A DNA stretch of 63,156 bases, filler included, from Folioceros fuciformis (taxonomy: Eukaryota): the NCBI GenBank assembly GCA_049999805.1. It is 5 parts of 5 records of this genome, joined end to end, with 100 filler letters (N's around TTAATTAATTAA, not from the genome) between each part and the next. Parts side by side here need not be neighbours in the genome. Positions count along the whole stretch, not along the records: positions 1 to 25,808 come from JBNGIO010005730.1; positions 25,909 to 56,512 come from JBNGIO010005734.1; 3 more parts are not named here. One strand, written 5' to 3'. Position numbers and translations under genes: made by a program. The notes below the pieces were generated by a model. It searched no databases and was not told where the DNA came from. It saw nothing but the letters and a program-made list of their open reading frames with translations. Positions 23,910 through 36,381 of this stretch are shown piece by piece (positions within the stretch are counted from its first letter, which is position 1; each line of letters opens with the position of its first letter).

Positions 23910-25852
23910 CGGCTCTCTGTAACAGTCGTTTTTATGTATGGATGCCAGGGTCTTGCGATTAAGATGGCCAAGCCGGGCATGCCATAAAATAGACTACTGT
24001 TGTGCCGTAAGGTTTCCGACACTTGTTGCATAAGCCGTGTTTCTGCTGTATGGCAAGCAGGTGAAATCCAGACGATACAAATCATGTTCTGGTAAGGCCT
24101 TGAAAACACATACCGAAGGTGAGGTCACTCTGGAGAAACAGCAAAAGTCGTCATGAGCAGTAAGCTTGAAACGTCTGAGTTGTAGGAGTTTGCTTAAGGA
24201 CAAGAGGTTCTTTGCCATTTTAGGGACATAGAGAACATCTGTCAAGGTGAGCAGGGAACCATCATGTAGCCTGAATGTGCAGGACCCCTGTCCTTGTATC
24301 TGCAGGCTAGTGGTATTCTGCTCATCACCCAAATAAACTCTATCTATATTAGAAGAGTGGGTGAGAGACTCAAAGAGAGACTCATCTCTACATATATGTG
24401 CTATGGCCCCAGAATCCAAGTACCATGCTGCCTTATCACCTGTAAGGGAAGAAAGGCAAACTGTTAGGATTTTAACCACTGGCTTTGTGGTGTCACCAGG
24501 TTTTTCTTTCATGGTGGCACTTGCAGCAGAACGGGAGGCCTTCTGTGGCTCGCCGGCTTTCTTCTTTCTACAGTCCCGTGCCCAGTGACCAGGGTGACCA
24601 CACCAATTACAGTTTCCTGTTTTCTTGGCTGTGGAGGTTGAACCTGCATCATGTCGGGGACCGTCAAATCGACTGCCTTGAAAAGGCTATTGCATCCGCT
24701 GTTTTCCTCTTTGACCACCTCGACCACGGAAAGCAGTGAGCACCCTGTCAGCTTTGGAACGTCCAGACCCTGACAGGTGTCTACTCTGCTCTTCCTGGAA
24801 GAGTGCACCAATGACCTCATCTAAGGTGAGTGAGGAGGATTTCCCAGCAGCACCAGCAGCCTTTGCTTGTCTGATGGGAACATTGTTGGCGGATACAAAA
24901 GATTGATAGCTAGGTGGGAGACTGGCTAATAATTGGGCTACAGCATCAACTTCGTCCATTGCAGTACCCATGGAGGTAAGTTGTGCTCGGAGATGTCTGA
25001 ACTTGCTGGTGTGAGCAAGCACCTTGTCTCCTTCCCGCATTCTTAGTCCATAGAATTCCATTCTGAGGGTACAGAGTGTAAGGACATTGTTGACCTGGTA
25101 TTGGTTCTCCAACTGCTTCCAGATCTCACTGGCTTTTGTCAGGAACTCAATTTGAGGGATGAGATCCTCAGACAGACCACCAACAAGGAGGGCAATGGAA
25201 ATGCTGTTTGCATGTGCCCATTTGTCTTGTTCTCCTTTTGTTTTGTTTGGGTCAGGCTCAGGTATTGAGCCATCTACAATGCCCCAAACTCCTCTAGCTA
25301 GCAATGTCGATTTCATGCGTACTTTCCACACTTCATACCTCTGACCTGTGAATCTATCTTTCTCTTTCAGATCAGACGTAAAGATAGGATTGTATGAGCC
25401 AGGAGGAAGTGGTGGAGGAGGTGGACTAGTATCCATTTATGTCTAGCCTGCAGGATTCTGAGACTGAGGCTACAACAATCTGAAACGAGCATGCGGAAAA
25501 AGGACTACTTGAGGGGTGCACGAAACGTCATGCCGAAACGTTATACGGCAAACTAAAAAAACAGGTAAGTAGCCCATTAAAAAAAACTTGTAAGTATGAA
25601 ACGATGTACCCTAACCGTAAGGGTGCATGACCGTTGGTGCAGGTGTCACGGGACAGGCTTCCCTTTCCTGCTGAAACGTCGCAAGTCACGGCGATTCAGA
25701 TCTGAGCTTGCTGTTGACCTCTGTTGCTGCGAAGTTGGTCACTTTTTCAGCATCTAATCTGTCTCGAGCGGGAACCAAAGTCGGAAGATACAATGCTACG
25801 TGAGGTTGNNNNNNNNNNNNNNNNNNNNNNNNNNNNNNNNNNNNNNNNNNNN

Positions 25853-25864
25853 TTAATTAATTAA
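25853..25864. other. Artificial TTAATTAATTAA contig-join linker inside an N run (also at 56557, 58692, 61132)
   Basis: Identical 12-mer centred in fixed-length N gaps; gives stops in all six frames. Confidence 0.95.
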
Positions 25865-25908
25865 NNNNNNNNNNNNNNNNNNNNNNNNNNNNNNNNNNNN
25901 NNNNNNNN

Positions 25909-26600
25909 GGCCTACCGCTTTCCAGGCCTTCGCACCAAAGAGAGCCTGCTGCACCTCGTGCAAAGCAGGGGTGGGCCATGGGAAAAGGGAAGCAGCGGAT
26001 GAGGGAAGAGGAGGGGTGTCTGAAGAAGAGGGGAATAAAGCTAAACGGAGGACAACACACTTGGCAGCATGAGAGTAAGCAAGTGACCCGTCTCCAGAGA
26101 GTAAAGGAGGAGTGAAAGACGAGGAAGCGGGTTTAGTGGAGCGATAAATCTTCCAAATATCCGAGTCGCTAGCCTCCATCAGAAATTTCTTTCAATGGTC
26201 CTTCTTGGCAACTTTCACGCTCCGAAAATACTCATTTCTAACATACCGAAAAGCCGCAATATCCCTTGGAGTGTTAGTAATGCGCATGACCCGACGAGCC
26301 CGAGCAAGCCCCTTGCGAAGAGAGGAGAGGGTAGGAGACCACCAAGGTTTAGCACGGAGGTGAGAGCGTACTACTGGGGTAGATGCGGAGATAGCCTTCT
26401 GTAGAGATATTGTGACTTGAGCCACAAGATGATCAATCTGAGCAAAAGTTTGAGGAAGCCCAAGACCCACCAAGTTAGTCGAAACCTCAGAAGCTACAGT
26501 GGAAGAAAATTTGTCCTAGTTAGTAGCTTTGACATTAAGGCGGAAAGGAAGAGGAGGCAGAGGGGGGGAAGGAAGAGAAGGCGGAGGAGGGGAATCTGAG
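25909..26600 (-). mobile_element. Non-LTR retrotransposon ORF2 fragment (endonuclease-RT linker up to RT domain 0), Tad1/I-group-like
   Basis: AKPWWSPTLSSLRKGLARARR...RNEYFRSVKVAKKDH*KKFL...DIWKIYR...EVQQALFGAKAWKAVG (KAPG-like); one in-frame stop; runs into a gap. Confidence 0.75.
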
Positions 26601-26683
26601 CAGGAAGGAATAGTAACAATCCTGACTTAGGTAGGAGACAATAGTGATAGAGGTTAACATTCCTTGGCACAAATCATTCCCTT

Positions 26684-26820
26684 GAGAGTGAATAATACGA
26701 CTACAATGACATAGAGAGTGATATATTATGGGAGTAAATCATACGACTACAATGACATAGAAGGTGAGATATTATGGGAGCGAATCATACGGCTACAACG
26801 ACATCGAGGGTGAGATATTA
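26684..26820. repeat. 46-bp minisatellite, 3 diverged copies
   Basis: aatcatacgactacaatgacatagaaggtgagatattatgggag-type units. Confidence 0.8.
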
Positions 26821-27058
26821 CCAAAGTTTGATCTCTAATAGTAGAGTATTAGAGAAGTCATGAAGATATGTTTTTGGTAGCTAGATGTTGAAGAAACAAA
26901 GAACCAAGTTGATTAAGATAACAAATTGCTATCCTTTGTATAACATGCACCATAATTATCAGCTGCCCAACAATGTAGTAGCAAATATGAGCAACCATGC
27001 AATAACAACTATGGGCAGCCATGCAAGCACTAAGCACTCCTTGTAGGGCAAGAATATT

Positions 27059-27247
27059 GTGTCTCCTTTCCATAGCATGATTCTTCGTATGAAAAAAGCT
27101 TAAAAGAAACTTGTAGTTTGGTGTCTCCTTTCCATAGCATGATTCTTCGGGTGAAAAGAGCCTAAACGAAACTTGTAATTTGGTGTGAGCTTTCCATAGC
27201 ATGATTCTTCTTTGTGTGAAAAGAGCCTAAAAGAAACTTGTAGTTTG
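27059..27247. repeat. 62-bp minisatellite, 3 copies
   Basis: gtgtctcctttccatagcatgattcttcg...aaaagaaacttgtagtttg at 27059, 27121, 27183. Confidence 0.85.
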
Positions 27248-27972
27248 AGCATGTGGATGATATATAATATACACCATCTCCAGCTGTCGAGATCCAGATT
27301 CCATACATTTGTACAAACCATGCTCGAGACACGTGAACCTATGATAATCCGCTCTAAGAGAAACAAAGTAGAGTAGCAAAATGGCAGCCTGCTGTGGAGT
27401 TTTGATCTATTCTTGCCAAACTTGTTCCTTGAACCCAAATTTAGGAAAGAGAGAAACCGTCCATACATTGGTTGGCGACGTTCACGACCAGGACCAAGGA
27501 AGCCGGCCCACGCGGCGCACAGTCGTTGGAATGAGCCTTTGGATGTGGAAAGCAGTGTGTTCTTGCGCAGGGATCGGAGAGCCAGATGTCTGTTCATTCC
27601 CCTCGTGGATGGGATTGTGGTGGAGCGGTTGCCCCTGTTGACGCTTGAAGGCGCTGGATGAGAAGGAGGAAGGAGCTCAGGAGTATGGGAGGACTGCGGG
27701 TGACAGCGCCCTTGTTTCAGTGATACCAGGAAAAGCCTTGGCCATCTTGTTCTGTGCGGTTGTCCGACTTGCAATTGGTGGCGTGGCTGCTCCGGTGGCA
27801 AGCGCATGGTTTTAGGCCGATTGAGGGATTGCCGGGTGGTGCTTCAGGATGGTATCCTGGTTGATGGCTTGCTGAATGATTGTTTGCTCTTCAGCCAGGG
27901 TGAGGACTTTCTGGACCTGGAAGGGAAAGGGAGAACTTGCAGGTGAAGTGCCACCGGGCTGGGTACTGTAGG

Positions 27973-29808
27973 ATGGCATTCACTTTGGAGCTGGTCGGGA
28001 CGAATCTGTCGTACCGGTCTGCTTTGCATCACACGTGTATCGTGTCGTCGAACCAGCCTCATAGGCTATCGAGAGGCGCCCTGGCCCACAACCTTAGGTC
28101 TCAGGGCACTCTCTTGATTTCTCAGTCCAGGAGATGGAGGAAAGGGACGTTGAAGGGAACGCAGCGGGATGGATGTGGGAGGTCCCATCGAATTGGACGA
28201 CAGCATTGCTTGCATCTCCGTGCCTCTCGCAATTCCTCGAGAAAGGAAGGGGAAGATGACCGTGACCGATCGACGTGGGGGTCCAGGGATGAGTATGGTT
28301 TGTATCCATGGGATCCTTTGTGGCAGAGCTTGGACAATAATGGTACGTCAGCTTTCAAGTTTCAAAGTCTTGGACCAAGAGCTTAGGCTTGTGTTTTGTG
28401 GATGAAATGCTGCATTCCTTCCTCTTCTTTTTGGGGCGCAGCTACTGTCTTACAGAGGTGCTGTTACAGCTGTGCCTGTAACAAGCCTTTTAGAGTGTTG
28501 GCAGAATTATTGCCAGTCGCGTCTCAAGAGACGCTGAACCGTGACATATGATTGCGTCCCCTTGTAACCAGAATTCATGCTAAATCTTGCTCTGATTCAT
28601 GTCAGTGCTTGCTGATGTGTCACAACAATGGCTGAAGAAAGGTTTGAATCTACCTCTTAGATGTATGTCTCTCCCCCCGGCCGATCATCCAGTCGCAGGG
28701 CAAGCACCAAAGGAATTCGTGTGATGAATCTGATAAACCACCTTTCATAAGGTCTTTTCTAAATTTTCAACCAGGGTCTTGTACTTTCAGACAGGAAAAT
28801 CACTCTTCAAAACTGTCCTGATGTGTTTGCTGCTTAGCTTTTGTCCGGTCCTTGACACGGTTTGGTTCAGTTGACTCCACTCCATCATGCCTTGGAGTGA
28901 TTTCACCTTTCTGTTGAGGAGTCACCACCTGACGGGTGTGTTTCCCTTCAAGTTGCTGATCGTTTTTGTTGTCACAGCACCACAGTGGGTGCAGGAAGAA
29001 TCAGTCACTTTGATCACAACAGATGGTTTGTTGCAAATTGGAGGGGGTTTGAAGCTCATCAATCCGTCTGAGGTGCGGTGCTCTCTAACTTCACAGTTTC
29101 ATGCAGCAAGGATATTCCTTGGTACTTAAAAAAAACAAGTTTCCTCAATTCACTGCACACTTTGTGCAGAGAAAGTATGTCAACTTCAGGAGGCCACGGC
29201 GCTTCCGTGAGGAGGATTACATGGATCCTAAACAAGGGCTTTGTCTCGGAGCCATATTTGACATAGTAGCAACCAATGTAAGCTCAAGCACACAGACGCT
29301 GTTATCGAATATGACATCTTCTCTGCAGATATACCATGTCTCCTTCAGAAGAGGTGGCCTCGATTGTTTCCGGTGGAAGGTAACATATGCTAGCGTGCGT
29401 CTGCAGGGATTAGACATGGGCCGAAGATTCGGCGTGTTTGGGTTCTGCCGTTCCACTGAGATGTTGAGTGACGTTGTTGAAGACACCGTATTGGAACAGG
29501 GTGGAGAGGTAACAGTCTCCCATTTTCTAAGTCTGTTGGTACCCTGTCCAAAACGTTCGTTCATAAGTTCTCACCCCTTACCTCTCCGTATCCGCTCAAC
29601 CACTTTTAACCAGAAACTTGGATTCCTGTCCCAACAGATCGTAGTGGCCGAAAGGGAAATGAAGGGGGGAGTGCACGAAAAGCTGATAATGACAGTTGCA
29701 ATGCCCCGTCTGTGGGGAGTTCCTCCTGCTGTGGACACGCTGAACTACGCCATAAGATCTGGTGGAGGAATCGTGGAGAAGGTGTACAAAAAATGGGAGT
29801 TCTTCTAG
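27973..29808 (+). CDS. Conserved uncharacterised plant protein with a putative plastid transit peptide. Exons about 27973-28342, 28978-29072, 29170-29277, 29407-29508, 29638-29808
   Basis: Spliced YPWD...APQWVQEESVTLITTDGLLQIGG...REEDYMDPKQGLCLGAIFDIVATN|GLDMGRR...EMLSDVVEDTVLEQGGE|...LWGVPPA...RSGGGIVEKVY..WEFF, which I recall as conserved in land plants. S/R-rich N-terminus; GT-AG junctions keep the frame. Confidence 0.78.
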
Positions 29809-30521
29809 CTCGCTCGGGGGATGTTTTTGTGTCTTGTATGTATGTATATATTCCTGTACAGCCATTTGTTGCCAGAAATGTGCCTACTGTGAGTGCTGGC
29901 CGGCAGTTGAATCCGCAGGACTGCCTGTAAAGATGTACATGGGCTATAGATGTCAGACGATTGGAGTTAAGACACTAGCCTAGATGTTCTGTGCTTGTAC
30001 ATATTCTTGTCACTAATTGAATGAAGCGTGAAAACCACGTTGTGCACAGTTGAGCCGGCAGCAAGAAGGTTCTGTTCTTGAACCTCCTGTAGGCATTGTG
30101 GCATTTGTGCGCGCAAAGCTGTAGCCTCTTTCACAAATACATCGTAGCATTGTCCAAGGATTTAAATTAGATAGGCGGCGGGAGGTCGTGTCCGGCCGGG
30201 CTCTGCTTTGATTGACCGATTGACCGGGACAACGAGATCGATTGACCTCGTAGAGTCGCCAGATCGGGGAGGTTTCAGCGATGCAATTTTGGAAATTGTG
30301 GAGGACGACCCTGGAGTGCATCTTCCAGTTGCTGCTACTGGGGTTCAGACCAGCGATGGCAACGGTAGGTTGTCCAAGACGATTCTGGTAACTCTGGGAC
30401 GCAGGGTTCTGGGGTGCGGTGCTCGGTCTCCTGTTGGCTGCAACCAGGCGTTTTTGTTAGGTTTGTATCTATGAAGAGACTGCCGGAGTGAGGAGACGCG
30501 AAGTTACAGGTCTTGATCGGG

Positions 30522-32567
30522 ATGGTGAACGCCAGCTCGCAACCTCCTCTGTCGGGGGGCAGTTCGGCAGTCTCTAAGAAGGATGGCCCGCCGCTCAAGG
30601 AGAACTCCAGAATTAGCCGGCGAGGGGTGTCAGCGGCAGTTTCCTACATGTTATGCTCTGGTATGGTTGCCAGACATCACACCTGAACCTGATTGGACTT
30701 GGCAAAGTCGTATTGTCGGCGGCGTGGTCTCTGTCCAGGTACTGACTCCGTCATGAGGTGCTGCAGTATTGCTGGTGCTATTCAACAAGGCCGCATTGTC
30801 TTCCTATGGGTTTCCATGTGCCAATATTGTTACAGTTCTGCAGGTGTGTGTCTTACCGTTGTTTTACGGGCTTGAAATTGTTTCTAACACGACCCTGACT
30901 GCCTTGAGCCTTTTTTGCAGATCATATGCTCCACCATGGTTTTGTACCTTTTGCACTCTTGGGACATGATCACGTTCCAAGATGCAGGTGGAGGACCGGA
31001 TGTTTCTGGTAAACGCTTTGTCTCAATCAGTGTGTTGAAGCAGGCCTCGCCGCTCTCCATCGCCTACCTGTTCTACATGGTAAGCAGATTTGACATCCAG
31101 CTTGTCTGCCGAGGGCTTGCTTCGCACTTTCGCTTGCAGTGAGAGTTGTTCCGGGGTAGTGATGGCCGCCTCTGTATGGGTTCTGTCACCCGATGGCTCT
31201 GTTATGATCAAATTGTAGGTGGTTGGTATGGCAGCAGTACGAGGTGTGAATGTTCCAATGTACACAACCTTACGGAGGACTACTGTCTTTTTCACAATGG
31301 TCATGGAGTATTTGATTGCGGGTCAAACACATTCAGTACCTATTGGTATAAGGTGAGCCCTCGCCACTTGAATCAGCGGTGCCTCATGGTAACATGTTAC
31401 AGCGGGTCATCTGTTGCAGAGTGGGACCTGATGATGCACTCTTCGCTGTAGATGCTGTTTCCTCCTCAACAATTTTGCTGAGGTGTGAATTTGGGTGGTA
31501 CGATGCAACTAGTGATTGTTTTGCATTGTTTCCGGGTGATCTTCAGTGTTGCGGTAATTATCCTTGGAGCATTTGTAGCTGGGGCCAGTGACTTCTCGTT
31601 TGATGCCAAAGGGTATGGATTTGTGTTCCTATCGAACTTGACGACAGCGATTTACCTTGCCACTATCTCCCGACTTGGTAGGCTATGGTGCGCGTGGGGG
31701 TTGAGTCCTTCTATTGTCATTACCTTCCATCATGCCACTTAAACATGTTGTGCCGACAGGAAAGTCCACAGGACTCAACAGCTTCGGGTTGATGTGGTGC
31801 AATGGTAGTGTCCTCCCCTTGGAGCCTTCCCAGTTGCGTTTGCTAATGTTTACCACAAGTATGTTACTATTGCAGTTCACCATATTCTTGATTTTTTTTG
31901 TAGGTTTGATATGTGGGCCTGTTCTCTTCCTCTGGACTTTGGTTAGTGGAGAGCTCTCACTGGCCCTCCAGTTTCCACCCTTGTATTCTGTTGGATTTCA
32001 GGTCTGTGAAAAGAGCTCTGTTTTCATATCAGCATGTCTTGCTTGGAACAAGCCGTAAGTCATTGACTTTCGTGGTTGGGCTTATGCAGGCCGTGTTGCT
32101 GCTTTCCTGTATTTTGGCTTTTGGTTTGAATTATAGCATCTTTCTCAACACGTCCTTAAATTCAGCGCTCACGCAAACTATGTGTGGAAATTTCAAGGTA
32201 CGATTTGAGCACTTGAGTATCTCTTCTTCTGTTGTGTGTGGGAACGTCAGCCTTCTGAAATGTCCACCTAGTCCGCAGAAGGTTAGCCACTTCCAGGATA
32301 AAGGTGGGAAAATTGTGCAGGATCTTGGCACTGTTCTGTTTGGATGGCTCGTATTTGGTGGTCTTCAATTTGATTGGGTACGTCACTCCAAAACATTAGT
32401 TTGTCAAGGTCAAGTTCCACCACTTCATATTTTTTGTTTCTTCGAAGGCACTCAATCTAATGTGTTACAGGGTAATGCTCCTGCATGTGCAGTTCAACGT
32501 GTTCGGCCAGATTCTTGGATTCGTAGGTTCAGGAATGTATGCTTATTGTAAGCTGAAAGGAAAATAG
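30522..32567 (+). CDS. Golgi nucleotide-sugar transporter (TPT/SLC35D-like), similar to the UDP-GlcNAc transporter UGNT1; multi-exon
   Basis: RRGVSAAVSYMLCS|VLLVLFNKAALSSYGFPCANIVTVLQ, VRGVNVPMYTTLRRTTV, GLNSFGLMWCNG, NTSLNSALTQTMCGNFK, C-terminal YAYCKLKGK*. Confidence 0.88.
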
Positions 32568-34167
32568 TAGCCTCCCAGATGTCTGCGTCGCTTGATGAAG
32601 TAGGAAAACGAATGGTGGGGAACAACCGAGAAGTTGCATCATGGGCCCCGAGTTCGTTGTATTTTTGGCTCAAGGCCACATCCAATGGTGCAGTAACGTC
32701 ACTGATATGGAGGTTGAGTCCTAGGGAAGCAAACAGAGAGCGCATCTGGACATGGAAAATGTAGGTCAGACCTGGTGGAATGCGGAGGTGCAAAATTATT
32801 TATTGGGGATGAGACTTATTGGAAGAGCCAGGCGAGGCTGAAGTAGGTCAACGAAGAAGCGAGGCAAGTCAAAGCAAGGGCGATCATCTCATTTGCGTGG
32901 GAAGGTTAATGGTCTCTGTCCTGAACCTCACACCCCGACAGCAGCTCCATGAATTACGAATGTCTGACTGCGAACATCGAAGCAACCTATATAGGGAACA
33001 GGCAAGATGCTCAAAAATTGTGAAACTTCGGATAGATGGTTTCACAGTGACACTTGCCTCTTTTGCCCTTGGGACGCGAGGATCGAACAAGTTGGAAATT
33101 CGTACTTTCGTTTAAAAGTTTTTCGTGACTTCATCTGCTGGAGCGCTTAATCTACTTTCCCTGTGCTGCATGTAAGCGCGCCCCCGACGCTCAGCAGGGA
33201 GACTACCGTACAACCTACTCTGCTGATGAGGACAATCCCTTTCAGGCGACCGTTTGCCTGAACTGTTCACACGGCCACCTGCTTTAGTACACATACTCAC
33301 GCTCCTGCCTATCATGCACGCCGAACTTGGGGAATGGACCAGCCAGTCGGCAATTTCAGACTCAGTTTGGACCTTGCCTTCATAGGCAGTGGCAGCTTCT
33401 GTGATTTCAGTCTTGTGTTCTGGCAGGTGGTAATATTTTTCGCTAGCCTAGCGTGCTCCTGCGAACCTTGTGTGGGTAGACGCCAAGGCGCGGAGCCGAC
33501 CTTTGGATAGTTAGCAAGAAATCCAGATCGTCTAAGAGAGTGTCTCGCTGGAGGAGGATTGTCCAGCACCTAGTTCGCATCCTAGTTCGCATCAAATCCC
33601 TCCGTGTATTGGCTACCAGCCACGCGAGTCTAGTGGACAAGCTGAGGGGAGAATGTCCTACGAGTATAGGACTACACAGTGGAACACAACACATGCATGC
33701 AAGATCTCCTGGTCGGTGCACTCCAACTGGACAAGGCACCAGCTCCTGGTAACGACAGTGCCTGTACTGGCTACTGCTTCAGTTTGGCCCATTCTCTTGG
33801 GAGCTTGTCAAAAGTGGGGCAATGATGCTAACAATGAAAAAGATGCTGCAGCATATGTCTCGACGTCCAAAGTAGCGCCGGAGCCAAGAGGAGGCGGGCA
33901 AAAAGGGGTGTCGGCAGCGTGGGTAGAAATCATGTGACGAACCGCCGGGTGCGGAGGACCGGTATACAGACATGGACGGACCGGTTGTGGGATGCTCTTC
34001 GTCCCCGGAGCCAGGCAAGAAAAGACGCACCAAAGATACCAGTCTATATTGCTCAGAAGAGAGACTGTGAACTTTCATCCTGTTCATCTCTAGACTTCAC
34101 GGTATTATGCCCGGTTGCTGTTGCAACTACATTCGTGAAATGGAGCCGTCTCGCTAAATTTTGTTCC

Positions 34168-35986
34168 TCACTTGCTGCTCTTGAAGTAGCGCAGGAAGGA
34201 GCTGTCGAAGTTGTGCCTCTCGCTCCGACGTCCAGGGAGGAGGAAGGCTGGCCTCTCCCCCCGGCGTTCCTGGATCTGTCTGATCTCTTCAACATCCACA
34301 TTGAAGGCTGCAGCTGCCACCTCGGCTGGGAGGTTACGCAAAGCGGATGTCCTGCCCGCAAGAGCCTCTGCGAGAGGTCTGAACAAGAGCAAGATCAAGT
34401 TTATGGGTCAGAACTGGACCATGCTGGAAGCACGAAATTTGGCTGGGAAAAACGTGGGCTGTAGGAGGTATGCAGCTTACTGGTCTGTAGTGTGGAAGGC
34501 AATCCATTCCAATCCTTCCTGTCCAGCCTGGACGCCGTGGGGGTAGAAGCGTGGCACGACGTATGCATCACCTTCGTTGATATCCTGGCTCACAAGTCGC
34601 TCTCCGTCGTTGCTGGCGATTTCCAGTCTGGCGGACCCTCTCAGGATGTGCACTATGATATGGCCGTTGAGAGACCATTGAGGAGCCAGAATTGCGTTCT
34701 GATTTTGTTCCATCCCCACAATCAAGCCATGCAATCAGATGCCTATCTTGGAGTCGGGATTCAAACTATTTAGCGGAAACAGGGAAAAAGCATTACCGGC
34801 TCGAGACGGCCGTATGATGCGCCCAAGTTCAAATCCCTGAGAATCGGGAGCTTGAACCTGTTGGCGGTGTTGTAGAGTCCGGCATTGCGAACGCGGACAT
34901 CGGCTGCACCTTCCCGAATGTTGTACACGAATTCACCGTTGGCGATGTGCTCGCGCAAATGGGTCTGGCTGTCCTGCACTGAGTTAGCGCGGCTCTCTTC
35001 GATTCTCACATCACGCTCAGCCTGGACGATGCCCACACCGTGCTGGCTACGCAGGAGCTCGTCCACCTGACTCTCGTCCACGTCCCATGCGTCCGCCAAG
35101 AATTGCTTCCTGAATCCGTGCAAGATTCCGCGGAATTCCTGCTGCCCTTCCCGGAGCCTCTCGTGCTCGCGCCCGTGTTCGCTTCCGCCCTCCCGGCCTC
35201 CGCCGATCAAGAAAAAGCCCTGCTCGGTGCAAAGTGCAAACATAGCAGCTCCTATCAGCCCTTGAAAGGCAGGCAGTTCAAGTCAAGGCAGCTTGCACTG
35301 ATGCGATCGCCTACACTTCATCTGCAAGTGAAACTGTAACAATTTTTACCGTTGGTTCGTCAGCCTCATATCCAGCCGATGTCTCGGCAAGGCCAAGAAT
35401 GCGAAGCTCGCTGTTGCCGGAATTGTACCACCAGGAGGCAACACCTCGAGGGAAGGCCACGATGTCACCACGTCTCACACGCCTCACACCCGACGACTCC
35501 CCCAAGGAGTAGCCGGTGAGAATCCCAGCGTAACCCTCACCTGCAGCGGGTGTCCCGATCGTGAGCCAGAGCGAAGGTGATCAAACGATTTCACATGTAC
35601 AGACTCGAGTTGAGGCAACTATGGCTCTGTCCAGGCATGCATGTCCTCGATCACGGTCTCGGAACCAGTAAGAAGTTCGTGCATACATCAGTACTCTCTT
35701 TGTCTCAACACTCACCATCCTCAACGTATCCGATGCACGCCGAGTCGGAGTACTTGGGCAGCACGAGGCCCCGCTGCTTGATGGTGAACCTTGCAGCGGC
35801 CACATTGGCGTCTCTCAGAGACCGAATGTTGGACCAAGCCTCGATTCTGCCTCCATCAGTCTGCAGAATCTCCCGAGGCTCCTCCAGCTGTAGCTCGGCT
35901 CTACGGCCCCCTGCTGCGCACACACAGGTACAGGACAAGGCCAAGACCAGGGCCAGAGCCGGGACAAGAGCCCATTTCAGACCCAT
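34168..35986 (-). CDS. 11S globulin/legumin-like bicupin with signal peptide; 5 exons (about 35986-35716, 35540-35350, 35220-34797, 34698-34481, 34379-34168)
   Basis: GGRIEAW, GLVLPKYSDS, VRRVRRGDIVAFPRGVASWWYNSG, FFLIGG, ILHGF, KLPILRDLNLGA, APQWSLNGH, GDAYVVPRFY, LAGRTSALRNLPAEV..AFNV. Confidence 0.88.
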
Positions 35987-36175
35987 GGTGATCGAGTCGA
36001 GTCGTATCCAATTCGATAAGCTACCTTGCCAGCTGCTGACACACAGTGATGAACTGATCGAGATGCTGTGTGACTGGTTCAACCTGCTGCTTATGTATTG
36101 GAGCAGCGAAGGACAGATATGGCAAGCATGCCCCCACTGCCGGTTCAACATGGCCTTGGGCCTCGGAGTCCCAAC

Positions 36176-36381
36176 TGCATGCTGTCCTCCACATTAGAGC
36201 GGCGTCCTGGAGCCACAGCAGGTGCTGGCCAGTCACGTGTTCCTGACAACAAGAAGCAACACCAAGAATATCGCTGCTGTACTAACAGTGGAAGGGAATT
36301 GAAACAGACGGGTCCCGTGTACACACTCCATGCAGATTGTGCAGACTCGGCTTAGTTTTGATACGTGATCGCAAGCATGCA
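36176..36381. promoter_or_regulatory. Cluster of RY (CATGCA) and G-box/ABRE-core motifs upstream of the legumin-like gene
   Basis: TGCATG 36176, CACGTG 36234, CATGCA 36329, ACGTG 36363, CATGCA 36376. Confidence 0.5.

Larger units (their letters stand above)
20033..25808 (-). mobile_element. Ty1/Copia element B, near full length (gag-PR-IN-RT-RH, PPT, 3' LTR); 5' LTR and PBS lost in the gap
   Basis: gag from 25436; WYLDSGA; integrase RFDNGTEF and QNGVAERKN; RT QMDVCTAFLHG and YVDDVILA; RNaseH DADWA, DNQSAI, ADILTKAL. Frameshift near 24700-24510 and stop at 23994. Confidence 0.95.

Noticed and set aside
25809..25908. Palindromic TTAATTAATTAA recurring four times, and ORFs ending in X...LIN
   Set aside because: Artificial six-frame-stop linker in assembly gaps
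27100..27807. 235-aa minus-strand ORF
   Set aside because: Runs into the 62-bp minisatellite, has no recognisable domain, and lies in the probable promoter/leader of the + strand gene
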